64,000 bases of DNA from Polaromonas sp. (GTDB taxonomy: Bacteria > Pseudomonadota > Gammaproteobacteria > Burkholderiales > Burkholderiaceae_C). Positions 37,631 to 46,527 of the stretch are shown one piece after another. Position 1 is the stretch's first letter. Every line of letters starts with the position of its first letter. The position numbers were made by a program, and so were the translations under genes. The stretch is taken from contig JANNYZ010000030.1 in assembly GCA_031410335.1 (NCBI GenBank), forward strand, positions 543-64,542, given 5' to 3'. The notes beneath the pieces are model-generated. The model made no database searches, had not been told where the DNA came from, and saw only the letters and a list, made by a program, of their open reading frames with translations.

Positions 37631-38380
37631 TCAATGTCTGATCTGCTGCAATATCTCGCGTTTCATCGCGTTGAACGCTTCAGATGTAGTGTCTTCAATG
37701 GTGCGCGGTCTGGCCAGCGGTACCGTCATGCGTGCCTGAATTCGGCCGGGGCGGGCCGACATCACGTAAATGGTGTCGGCCAAAAATAGCGCCTCGTCAA
37801 TGTCATGTGTGACAAACACAATGGTTGGCTTGAGCTGCTGCCACACCGACAGCAACAGCTCTTGCATGGTCAGTCGGGTTTGTGCGTCCAGTGCACCGAA
37901 AGGCTCGTCCATCAGCAGCACGCGTGAACCGAGTGTCAGGATGCGCGCAATACCTACCCTTTGGCGCATGCCACCGGACAGTTGCACAGGCAGGTGATTT
38001 TTAAAATCAGACAAACCCACAATATGCAGCATCTCGTTGGCGCGCTCAACATAGTCCGTGGGCGACTGGCCCTGGGTTTTGGGGCCGAAGATCACGTTTT
38101 CCCACACGCTGAGCCACGGGAAAAGCGCCGCCTCCTGAAACACCACGCCACGGTCTGGCCCGGGTTTGTCAACTGGCTCGCCATGCACTAGCAGCGTGCC
38201 ACCGCTGGCTTGTTCAAAGCCAGCCACCAAATTTAAAAGTGTTGACTTGCCGCAACCCGAAGGCCCCAACAGCGCGACAAATTCACCATCGCCGACCTCC
38301 AGGTCGATCTTGTCGAGCGCATGGACGGGCGGCTGTGCCGGGTAGGTCTTGTCGAGTTTTTGAATGCTGATTGCGGACAT
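37631..38380 (-). CDS. ABC transporter ATP-binding protein (TauB/SsuB-type)
   Basis: GPSGCGKST, LSGGMRQRV, LLMDEPFGALD, VTHD. Confidence 0.95.
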   Translation of the reverse strand: MSAISIQKLDKTYPAQPPVHALDKIDLEVGDGEFVALLGPSGCGKSTLLNLVAGFEQASGGTLLVHGEPVDKPGPDRGVVFQEAALFPWLSVWENVIFGPKTQGQSPTDYVERANEMLHIVGLSDFKNHLPVQLSGGMRQRVGIARILTLGSRVLLMDEPFGALDAQTRLTMQELLLSVWQQLKPTIVFVTHDIDEALFLADTIYVMSARPGRIQARMTVPLARPRTIEDTTSEAFNAMKREILQQIRH

Positions 38381-38395
38381 ACGGACTCGAAAGTT

Positions 38396-39196
38396 TTAAT
38401 GGTTTTGAAGAATGCGCCAACGCAGGACGCGCTGCTCTGCAAACACAATCAGGCGGTCACTGAGGTAGCCCATGACGCCAATCGACACCATGTCGGCCAG
38501 CACGATGTCCATGCGGCCCACGTAGTAAGCGTCCCACAGCACATAGCCCAGGCCGGATTTGACAGCTACCATTTCAGACACGATGACGGCTGTCCATGAA
38601 ATGCCCAAACCAATACGCAGACCCGTAAATATCGACGGCATGGCCGACGGAAATACCACCCGCCGCAGCAGTTGCATGCGGGTCGCGCCCATCATCATGG
38701 CGGCGCGCATCAGGTTGCGTTCTACATCGCGCGCACCCTGCGTGGTGTTGACGACGATGGCGTAAAACCCACCCAGGAAAATCAAAAAAATCGAACCCAT
38801 GTCACGGATGCCAAACAGCGCAATTGAAAACGGCAACCAGGCAGTAATGGGGATGGGCCGCAGGCCCTGAATGAAAGGGTCAAACATTTGCGAGGCCAGT
38901 TTGCTCCAGCCAATCATCAAGCCCAGCGGCACACCCAGCAGCGTTGCCAGCGCAAAGCCCTGCGCCACGCGCATGGCTGAGTACTGCACATTGGCCAGCC
39001 AGGTGCCCAAATAAGGATTCAGCCCCATGCCCGGCTTGCCGAACACCCACTGATTAAAGCCCTCCAGCACGGCCAGCGGCGTGGGCACAATGCCGGCCAT
39101 GTTGGGCTGGCTGCCGGCGACTTGCCAGAACACCAACACAGCCACAGGCACCACCGCGCCAAGTAAGAGTTGCTTCATGCGTGACATGGATGACAT
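38396..39196 (-). CDS. ABC transporter permease (TauC/SsuC-type)
   Basis: LRPIPITAW, EAA-like region, SEMVAVKSGLGY. Confidence 0.93.
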   Translation of the reverse strand: MSSMSRMKQLLLGAVVPVAVLVFWQVAGSQPNMAGIVPTPLAVLEGFNQWVFGKPGMGLNPYLGTWLANVQYSAMRVAQGFALATLLGVPLGLMIGWSKLASQMFDPFIQGLRPIPITAWLPFSIALFGIRDMGSIFLIFLGGFYAIVVNTTQGARDVERNLMRAAMMMGATRMQLLRRVVFPSAMPSIFTGLRIGLGISWTAVIVSEMVAVKSGLGYVLWDAYYVGRMDIVLADMVSIGVMGYLSDRLIVFAEQRVLRWRILQNH

Positions 39197-39208
39197 TTGT
39201 TGTTCAGA

Positions 39209-40186
39209 TCAGCGCTTGATCTCGCGCACCATGCTGTCGTCATATAGCGCAGCGGCATCAGTTGCAACATCCTTTTGTACGATACCTTGCTTGAAGGCAG
39301 CATCAGCCTGCAGTCGCACCTGTTCTTTGGTCAGCACGCCGCCCAGCTTGATGATTTTGGATGACTCTTTGGTCACCGCAATCGGCAGGCCGGTGTACTT
39401 TGAATACGCATCGGCAAACGCATCGTTGTTTTTGGCCATCTGCTCTTCAGCATTCATGTACACCCACAAAAAACGGCGAATGGCTTCTTTCTTATTGGTC
39501 ATGGCCTCACGCGATGCGGCCAGCATGCCCAGCTCTGCACCGACTGACTTGGCCTGACTGTATTCCAGACTCTTTGCAAAGTAGGCATCGCCTTCAGCCA
39601 CGGCTTGCGACTCAAACGGCTCCCAGAGCACCATCGCGTCAATATCGCCACGCTTGAGCGCCTGCAAGAAAGCTGTGCCGCCACCCTGAATATTGACCGG
39701 TGTGAAGGTGCTGTAGGGCACTCCTTTTTCAACCATGGTCATGGCCCACTGAAACCACACCGCAGAGCCGGGGGCAATGCCAATCTTTTTACCCGCCAGA
39801 TCTTTCCAGTCATTGATGACCACGCCTTTGCGCACCACCAGATTTTTCAGCGAGCCCCCTACACCTGTCAGGCCCACCAGGTTCTTGCTGCCTTGCGATG
39901 CTGCAATGGCCAAGTCACCAGGGCCGACAGCCGACACATCTACCGAGTTGGACAGCAGGGCGGTCCGTGCGTCGGCGTAGCGCACAAATTCAGCGCGCTT
40001 GACATCGATGTTGAATTTTTTAAGTTCTTCTTCAATGTTGAGCATGGGCGACAAGTGCCCCACTTTGACGAAGCCAACCGTTAGCGTTTCACGCTGTGCC
40101 AGGGGTGCAGGTGCAGGCCCGATGGCCTGAACGGCGGTGGTGATGGCCGTCATGAAGACGGCTGTTATCGCTGCAAAAAGTTTCAT
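39209..40186 (-). CDS. ABC transporter substrate-binding protein (TauA/SsuA/NMT1-type)
   Basis: Signal peptide; DLAGKKIG, GDIDAMVLWEP. Confidence 0.88.
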   Translation of the reverse strand: MKLFAAITAVFMTAITTAVQAIGPAPAPLAQRETLTVGFVKVGHLSPMLNIEEELKKFNIDVKRAEFVRYADARTALLSNSVDVSAVGPGDLAIAASQGSKNLVGLTGVGGSLKNLVVRKGVVINDWKDLAGKKIGIAPGSAVWFQWAMTMVEKGVPYSTFTPVNIQGGGTAFLQALKRGDIDAMVLWEPFESQAVAEGDAYFAKSLEYSQAKSVGAELGMLAASREAMTNKKEAIRRFLWVYMNAEEQMAKNNDAFADAYSKYTGLPIAVTKESSKIIKLGGVLTKEQVRLQADAAFKQGIVQKDVATDAAALYDDSMVREIKR

Positions 40187-40233
40187 GATTCAAACTCCAT
40201 TCAGGTTAAAAAACACACAAGGAAATCCAGACA

Positions 40234-41010
40234 CTACTGACCATTGAAATTCGGTACCCGCTTTTCGGCAAACGCCTTGCGGCCTTCCGCATAGTCGCTG
40301 CTGGCAAAACAGGCTTTGACTTGTCTATCTACTGTCTGCACATCAGCATCGAGGCTCCCTGAAAGCAGCGTACTGAACGCGTTCTTGGCCGTTGCAATGG
40401 TCATGGGGGCGTTGCTTGCAATTTCTGCACCCGTTTGCGCAGCATAGGCAAATACATCCTCATGCACTGAATTGATCACACCCATGCGTTCTGCTGCTGC
40501 AGCGTCCAGTACACGGGCCGTGTAAAACACTTCGCTGGCGCGCGCTACCCCCAGCACATCGAGCAGCCGTTTCATACCCTTGAGTGCATAGCCCAGGCCC
40601 AGCCGCGCGGCAGGCATTCGAAACCGTGCATTGGGTGCAGCGTAGCGCATGTCGCATGCCATCGCCAGGCCCAAACCACCGCCATAACAAATACCGCTGA
40701 TGGCGGCAATCACCGGGCGCGGAAACTGCGCAAGGGCTGTCTGGGCGCGGTCAACTGCCGCATCGTAAGTAGCAACATTGGCGGGGTCGTTGCGCTGCGT
40801 ATCAAACTCGCTGATGTCAGCGCCCGATACAAAAGCCTTGTCGCCATCACCGCGCAAAATAACACAGCGAACCGATGTGTCGTTGCGCAATATCTCCAGC
40901 GTGTCGCCCAGCTTTGCCCACATCGCCATCGACATGGCGTTGTGTCGGCTGGGGTTAGACAGCGTGATGGTCGCCACGTGGCTTTCAATCTGGTGGGTCA
41001 CATCAGCCAT
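40234..41010 (-). CDS. Enoyl-CoA hydratase/isomerase
   Basis: Start at ATG 41010; AFVSGADISEF, GICYGGG, DYAEGRKAFAEKRVPNF. Confidence 0.92.
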   Translation of the reverse strand: MADVTHQIESHVATITLSNPSRHNAMSMAMWAKLGDTLEILRNDTSVRCVILRGDGDKAFVSGADISEFDTQRNDPANVATYDAAVDRAQTALAQFPRPVIAAISGICYGGGLGLAMACDMRYAAPNARFRMPAARLGLGYALKGMKRLLDVLGVARASEVFYTARVLDAAAAERMGVINSVHEDVFAYAAQTGAEIASNAPMTIATAKNAFSTLLSGSLDADVQTVDRQVKACFASSDYAEGRKAFAEKRVPNFNGQ

Positions 41011-41014
41011 ATTT

Positions 41015-42211
41015 TTAAACGACTCCGTTTGAATGAAACTGTTCAATGTCAGTTTCAGAATAACCGGCTTCAGCCAACACCTCGTCGGTGTGTTGTCCCC
41101 AACCTGGTGCCTGCGCCACCACTGTTGCCGGGGTGCGCTGTAGCACCACTGGCTGGTTGATGTAGTGCATTTCCTTGCCGAAGTCAGTTACCAAGGATGT
41201 CGTCACACCCAGGTGCTGAACCTGCTCGTCTTCAAACACCTGGGGTACGGTGTACACCGGACCGGCGGGGACGCCTGCATCGTTGAGCAATTTGACCCAA
41301 TGCTGCACGCTTTGGGTTTTGAAAATATCAGCCAGCAGGGGGGTGAGCCTCTCACGGTGCTTGACGCGCAGTGGCTCGGTTTTAAACTCTTCGTCGTTCA
41401 ACCACTCAGGGCGATACAGCAGCTTGCACAAGCGGATCCAATTGCCTTCGCCCGATGCGCCGAGGTTAAACACGCCGTCGGCTGCTTCAAACAAACCCAT
41501 CGGGCTGCTGGTCGGGTGGTCGTTGCCGACTTGTATCGGCAAGTCGTTGTCGTTCAAATAGCGCGCCATCTGGAAATCCATCATGGCGATTTGGGAATGG
41601 AGCAGCGACGCATGCACCCACTGGCCCTTGCCGGAGACTTCGCGCTCCAGTAGAGCCGTCAAAATACCCAGCGCGGCATACAGACCAGCGCTCATGTCAG
41701 CCACTGCCAGCCCGGCGCGTACCGGGCCATGGCCGGGCAAACCTGTCACGGACATCAGCCCGCCCATGCCCTGCACGATCTGGTCGAAGCCGGGGCGACC
41801 CGCCAGCGGGCCATCCTGGCCAAAGCCTGAAATACTGGCCAAAATAATCCGTGGATTCACAGCCGCCAAAGATTCGTAGTCAATGCCGAGCTTGGTTTTG
41901 ACATCGGGCCGCCAGTTTTCAACCAGCACATCGGCGTCTTTCACCAGGCGCATCAACACATCACGCGCGCCTGGTTTTTTCAGGTTGAGCGTCATCGACC
42001 GCTTGTTGCGGTTGATGTTCTGAAAGTCTCCGCCCTCGCGGTTGGCGGCAAACATGGCTTCGTTTGGATCAATGCCGGGGGGTGGCTCGATGCGAATCAC
42101 GTCGGCACCAAAGTCAGTCAGCATGCGCACGCAATTGGGGCCAGCGCGCACGCGGGACAAGTCAAGGACGCGAAACCTGGCCAGCGCGCTGGAAGCCTGA
42201 ATTTTGGGCAT
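41015..42211 (-). CDS. Class III (CaiB/BaiF) CoA transferase
   Basis: RVLDLSR, FGADVIRIE, NRNKRS, ENWRP, SGFGQDGP, catalytic-type D in VADMSAG. Confidence 0.93.
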   Translation of the reverse strand: MPKIQASSALARFRVLDLSRVRAGPNCVRMLTDFGADVIRIEPPPGIDPNEAMFAANREGGDFQNINRNKRSMTLNLKKPGARDVLMRLVKDADVLVENWRPDVKTKLGIDYESLAAVNPRIILASISGFGQDGPLAGRPGFDQIVQGMGGLMSVTGLPGHGPVRAGLAVADMSAGLYAALGILTALLEREVSGKGQWVHASLLHSQIAMMDFQMARYLNDNDLPIQVGNDHPTSSPMGLFEAADGVFNLGASGEGNWIRLCKLLYRPEWLNDEEFKTEPLRVKHRERLTPLLADIFKTQSVQHWVKLLNDAGVPAGPVYTVPQVFEDEQVQHLGVTTSLVTDFGKEMHYINQPVVLQRTPATVVAQAPGWGQHTDEVLAEAGYSETDIEQFHSNGVV

Positions 42212-42224
42212 GTTTAGGATTTAC

Positions 42225-42259
42225 GTATATTTATTAAAATGTTATAAATATAAATATAC
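42225..42259. promoter_or_regulatory. AT-rich palindromic candidate GntR operator
   Basis: TATATTTAT (42226-42234)-N9-ATAAATATA (42244-42252) is a perfect inverted repeat in the 88-bp divergent intergenic region. Confidence 0.5.
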
Positions 42260-42299
42260 AGCAATAAAAGATACATGGCAACATGAGAAACTCGCATCC

Positions 42300-43040
42300 A
42301 TGAAACCCGCCAAAAAGCCTGTGACTCGCGCCAAAACAGCCAAAGCCATCAAGCCTGCGACTGCTGACGCCAAGTTCACCAAGGCCAGCGACAAGATACG
42401 CCTGGACATTGAAACCGCCATCAAAGACGGCGCACTGCTGCCAGGCGACCCGATTGACGAAGCCCAGCTGGCCAGCCAGTACAAGGTGTCACGCACGCCG
42501 ATACGGGAGGCATTGATCCAGTTACAAGCCCAGGGCATGCTGACCAGCTTGCCACGCGGCGGTATGGTAGTGGCCAAGATGGACTTGCAGCAGCTGCTGC
42601 AACTATGGGAGCTGCTGGCCGAGCTCGAAGGCGTAGCGGTGCGCCTGGCGTGCCAGCGCATGAGCACCGAGGAGCGCGAAGCCATCGCCCAGCACCATGC
42701 CAAAAGTCGCGCTGTGGCCGAGGCCGACGACATGGCGGGCTGGCAACAAAGCAACCTGCAGTTTCACGAGCTGATTTACCGCGCCTGCCGAAACCCCTAC
42801 CTGCGCCAGGAGGTGCTGCGCATGCGGGCCCGCACTGGCTACTACCGCCGCCACGCCTTTGGCGCGCTGGGTCAGGTCAAGGCCTCATTCGAGCAGCATA
42901 CCCAGATCGTCGACGCTTTCAACAAAAGCGATGGCGAAGCAGCCGCCCAAGCCATGCTGGCCCACATGCGCCCAGCCAGTGATGCCAAGGGGTTGACAGA
43001 CTTTATTGTGAATTTGCCGAAGGAACTGCTGGCACGGTGA
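42300..43040 (+). CDS. GntR family regulator with FCD domain
   Basis: Start at ATG 42300; LASQYKVSRTPIREAL wHTH; NLQFHELIY...NPYL; EHTQI-like FCD motif. Confidence 0.93.
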   Translation: MKPAKKPVTRAKTAKAIKPATADAKFTKASDKIRLDIETAIKDGALLPGDPIDEAQLASQYKVSRTPIREALIQLQAQGMLTSLPRGGMVVAKMDLQQLLQLWELLAELEGVAVRLACQRMSTEEREAIAQHHAKSRAVAEADDMAGWQQSNLQFHELIYRACRNPYLRQEVLRMRARTGYYRRHAFGALGQVKASFEQHTQIVDAFNKSDGEAAAQAMLAHMRPASDAKGLTDFIVNLPKELLAR

Positions 43041-43048
43041 TGCTTATT

Positions 43049-43102
43049 GCTCTTATTTTAAGAGCTGCTACCGCATGTATCCATTGGTCTGGAGGCTTAT
43101 TT
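43049..43102 (+). repeat. Dispersed repeat, copy 9
   Basis: GCTCT-TATTTTA-AGAGC (compensatory variant of the head), then TGCTACCGCATGTATCCATTGGTCTGGAGGC. Confidence 0.78.
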
Positions 43103-43293
43103 GGCAGCTAAAAATGGCCTAAAAACCTCCGTAAATCGCGCAAAGTGCCAAAAAGTGCCGCTAAACCATGCCTGACATGGCTTAAAACCGACAAAAAAAA
43201 GCTACTACTGAGTTGGGAAATAGACGCGTTGGTATTTATGTGGCAATATTTGGGGGTTAGTTTTTAAACCCCACTATCGATAACGAGATCAAC

Positions 43294-43611
43294 ATGAACA
43301 ACACTACACGCCGCGTATTTTTTATGCAGGTTGCCGCTGGTACTTCGGCGCTGGCAGCAAGCCAAGTCATGGCCCAGGCTCCTGCCATGGTCAATGAAAA
43401 AGATCCTGCTGCCGCTGGTTTGGGCTACGTCGCTGACACCACCAAGGTTGATGCCAAGAAATACCCAAAGCACGCCAACGAGCAAATGTGCAGCAATTGC
43501 CAGCTGTACGCCGGTAAAGCCAAGGAAGCAGCTGGCCCATGCCCACTGTTTGCTGGCAAGCAGGTCGCGGCCAAAGGCTGGTGCAGCGCTTACGTTAAAA
43601 AAGCCGCTTAA
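43294..43611 (+). CDS. High-potential iron-sulfur protein (HiPIP), Tat-exported
   Basis: TTRRVFF Tat leader; LGY, CSNC...C...GWCSAY four-Cys HiPIP pattern. Confidence 0.93.
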   Translation: MNNTTRRVFFMQVAAGTSALAASQVMAQAPAMVNEKDPAAAGLGYVADTTKVDAKKYPKHANEQMCSNCQLYAGKAKEAAGPCPLFAGKQVAAKGWCSAYVKKAA

Positions 43612-43630
43612 GGTTCAACTTGGCTGTCTG

Positions 43631-43666
43631 GCGCTAGCCAGCTCGCAGGAGCTGCTAGCGCTTTTT
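43631..43666 (+). terminator. Intrinsic terminator after HiPIP
   Basis: GCGCTAG(C)CAGCTC-GCAG-GAGCTGCTAGCGC hairpin followed by TTTTT. Confidence 0.7.
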
Positions 43667-43942
43667 GCATTTGATTACGAGGTCAGCCACATGAGCAACG
43701 CCAGCAGCCGTTAAGAAAAGGGCAATGCCTTGTGTTTGTTTTGATAGAGCGCACCACACGGCCATCATCAAAAACAAGCCTGAAATCACGTTCCAAAGGT
43801 AATCCTTCGGGGCAATCCCTCGACCAGTCATACGGTGATGAACCAACAGCACAAGGACTTCCAAGGCTGTGACGACCATGACCAATTGCAACAGCTTGCC
43901 GCTCAGTACCCATTCATCCATGACCGCGTAAGCTGAGTTCAC
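43655..43942 (-). CDS. Small hypothetical membrane protein coupled to bchP
   Basis: About 3 hydrophobic segments; GTG start overlaps the bchP stop (GTGA). The start may be 43921. Confidence 0.7.
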   Translation of the reverse strand: MNSAYAVMDEWVLSGKLLQLVMVVTALEVLVLLVHHRMTGRGIAPKDYLWNVISGLFLMMAVWCALSKQTQGIALFLTAAGVAHVADLVIKCKKR

Positions 43943-45144
43943 ACTTTGGCCAGGCCCAGCAGATGGCCCATGTCCTTGATGAAAATGCGCACATGAGCCA
44001 TGGGTTTTTTGCGCACCAGCTTTTTATTCATGTAGGACTCAAAAGTCAGTTGCTGAACGTCACGGTCTTCGCACATTTTGACAAAGCGTTCGCGCCGCTT
44101 TTCGCTGCCATACCAGAACCACTGCATGACGCCCAGCACGCCAAAAACCAGGCCGTGGGCCTTCATAAAGCGTTTGCGGGCCAGCTTCAGGGTGCTAACG
44201 TCACCTGTCTGCAGCAGCTCATGCACCGATTGGGCAGCCAGCTGGCCGCCGTACATGGCGTAGTAAATGCCTTCGCCTGAGGCTGGAGCCACCACGCCAG
44301 CAGCGTCGCCTGCCAGCACCACGTCGCGGCCGTTGTCCCAGCGCTTGAGGGGCTTCATGGGCAGCGGCGCCCCTTCACGGCGCAAGACCTCGGCGGTTTC
44401 CAGGCCGGCGATTTGCCGCAACTGTCCCACCGCACCGCGCAGTGAAAAGCCTTTGTCGGCGCTTCCGGTACCAATACTCAGCGTATCGCCATGCGGGAAC
44501 ACCCAGCCGTAAAAATCAGGCGACAGCTTGCCCTGGTAGTACACGTCGCAGCGCGTGTCGTCATAGCCCGCAGGTTTGACGGCTGGGGCGCGTACGATCT
44601 CGTGGTACGCAAAAACACATTTGGGGTGGCTCGCGCCCGGCACGGTCTGGCGTGCCACTTCAGACCTTGCGCCGTCGGCGCCAATGATGCTGCGCGCGCG
44701 AACGCGGGCAGCAAAGCCCCCGGATTTTTGCGCATGTGAGCGTGCTTCAAAATGCACCACAGCCATGCCGTCGGGGTCACGCTCGATGCGTTCAAAAGTG
44801 CCAATTCGGCGTACTGCACCGCTGGTTGCAGCGCGCTCGCGAAGCCATTCGTCAAACTCTTCACGATTGACCATGCCCACAAAACCGTTGTCGATAGGAA
44901 TGTCGACCTGGTTGTTTTTGGGTGAAACCATGCGTGCCGATGTGGCGCGTGCAACCAGCAGTTTGTCGGGGATGGCAAAGTCTTTGATGAGGCGAGGGGG
45001 AATTGCGCCTCCACAGGGCTTCACGCGGCCTGCACGGTCAAGCAGCAAGACAGATCGGCCCCTCCGTGCCAGATCATGCGCCGCTGTTGCGCCAGCTGGA
45101 CCGCCGCCCACAATCACCACGTCAAAAGTTTCTGTCATGCTCAT
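43939..45144 (-). CDS. bchP: Geranylgeranyl reductase
   Basis: VVGGGPAG, KPCGGAIPP, YGWVFPHG, GDAAG...GEGIYYA; ATG 45144 has an AAAGG RBS. Confidence 0.96.
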   Translation of the reverse strand: MSMTETFDVVIVGGGPAGATAAHDLARRGRSVLLLDRAGRVKPCGGAIPPRLIKDFAIPDKLLVARATSARMVSPKNNQVDIPIDNGFVGMVNREEFDEWLRERAATSGAVRRIGTFERIERDPDGMAVVHFEARSHAQKSGGFAARVRARSIIGADGARSEVARQTVPGASHPKCVFAYHEIVRAPAVKPAGYDDTRCDVYYQGKLSPDFYGWVFPHGDTLSIGTGSADKGFSLRGAVGQLRQIAGLETAEVLRREGAPLPMKPLKRWDNGRDVVLAGDAAGVVAPASGEGIYYAMYGGQLAAQSVHELLQTGDVSTLKLARKRFMKAHGLVFGVLGVMQWFWYGSEKRRERFVKMCEDRDVQQLTFESYMNKKLVRKKPMAHVRIFIKDMGHLLGLAKV

Positions 45145-45162
45145 GTTGTTCACCTTTAGTGA

Positions 45163-46527
45163 CTATGCATTACTTGCTAGGGAGAAAGAAGTCGGTTGGT
45201 ACTGGCTTGCCGGCGCGTCGTTTTTGGCGGGGTTACCCACCCGCCAAGCCAACACCGCAGACAGCACAAACAGTGCTGCCTCAAAGCCAAACACGCTGGC
45301 ATAGGCCACGCCAGGCGATGTAATCAGCCAGCGCGCGATGTCACTGGCGGCTGTACCCATCAAACCACCAAGGCCAAAAGCCACCGCCTGCGCTGCGCCC
45401 CACAGGCCCATGCGCACGCCCTCGCGCGCATGCCGGCCCTGGTTGGCCAAACGCATCATTGAGCTGATGGCACCGATTGAAAACGCACCGTTCGCCACGC
45501 CGAGTGCAAAGACGGTTGTCTTGAGCGGCCAGCCAGGCCCAACAAAACCGGCGGCGCTCAAAGCTGACAGTGCCAGGGCTGATGCGATGCAGCCGCCCAC
45601 ACTCCACCCGCGCAAAGAGCCGATATGACGCAGACCGGGCTTGTGTGAGCAGCGGGCGCCCAGCACGCCCGCCAGTGCCACCAATAACATGCCTGCCAGC
45701 ACGCCGCCGTGCTGCAAGCCAGACAAAGACGTTGACGCACCCGGTGTGAAGCCAAATACGGTGCCAGCAAAGGGCTCCAGAATCAGGTCTTGCGCGCTGT
45801 AGGCCAGCATGGAAACAAACACAAAAATAGTGAACTGCCGGGCGGCTGGCTCGGCCCAGACCCCGGCCAGCGCCTGGACAAAGCCGGGTTGTCCCGCTTC
45901 GCTGGTCCGAGGCGTTTCAGCTGCCCTCGGCGCATGGCCTTCAAGCCCATAAATGGCGATCAGTGCAAGCACAAAAGCAGCGCTGCAAACCCCTGCGGTG
46001 ACCAGCACCAGTCTTAGTGGTGAATAAGGATCAAGCAGCTTGCCAGCCAGCCCTGACGTGACCGCAAAGCCAAAAATCATCATCATCCAGACAATCGTTG
46101 CGGCCGCTGCGCGCCTGCCTTCGGGTACACGCTTGGCTAGCATGACCAGCAATGACGTGCCACTGGCACTCACGCCCAAGCCGATCACGCAAAACGCCAA
46201 AACGGCCAGTGCAATGCCCGCGATACGGTTGCTGGCCATCCATGCCGTAGCCATAGACGCCAGCACACCACCTGAAGCCAGTACTGCCATGCCACCCACG
46301 ATCCAGGGCGTGCGACGACCGCCCACGTCAGAGCCAAAACCCATGCGTGGTCTGGCTAACTGCACGATGTAATGCAGCGCCACCAAGAAGCCGGGCAGCA
46401 GTGCAGGCAAAGCCAGCTCGACCACCATGACCCGATTCAGCGTTGAGGTGGTCAGGACCACCATGGCACCCAGCGCCGCCTGTACCAGGCCGACACGCAC
46501 GATCTGCAGCCAGCCAAATGGGATCAT
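45163..46527 (-). CDS. pucC: BCD/PucC-family MFS protein
   Basis: Start at ATG 46527 (MIPFGWLQIVRVGL); TSTLNRVMVVEL, SDVGGRRTPWI, QDLILEPF; lies between bchG and bchP. Confidence 0.85.
   Translation of the reverse strand: MIPFGWLQIVRVGLVQAALGAMVVLTTSTLNRVMVVELALPALLPGFLVALHYIVQLARPRMGFGSDVGGRRTPWIVGGMAVLASGGVLASMATAWMASNRIAGIALAVLAFCVIGLGVSASGTSLLVMLAKRVPEGRRAAAATIVWMMMIFGFAVTSGLAGKLLDPYSPLRLVLVTAGVCSAAFVLALIAIYGLEGHAPRAAETPRTSEAGQPGFVQALAGVWAEPAARQFTIFVFVSMLAYSAQDLILEPFAGTVFGFTPGASTSLSGLQHGGVLAGMLLVALAGVLGARCSHKPGLRHIGSLRGWSVGGCIASALALSALSAAGFVGPGWPLKTTVFALGVANGAFSIGAISSMMRLANQGRHAREGVRMGLWGAAQAVAFGLGGLMGTAASDIARWLITSPGVAYASVFGFEAALFVLSAVLAWRVGNPAKNDAPASQYQPTSFSLASNA

Noticed and set aside
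33856-42211. Naming the catabolic cluster an itaconate operon
   Set aside because: There is no citramalyl-CoA lyase, and the monooxygenase, amidohydrolase and ABC genes point to a more complex substrate.
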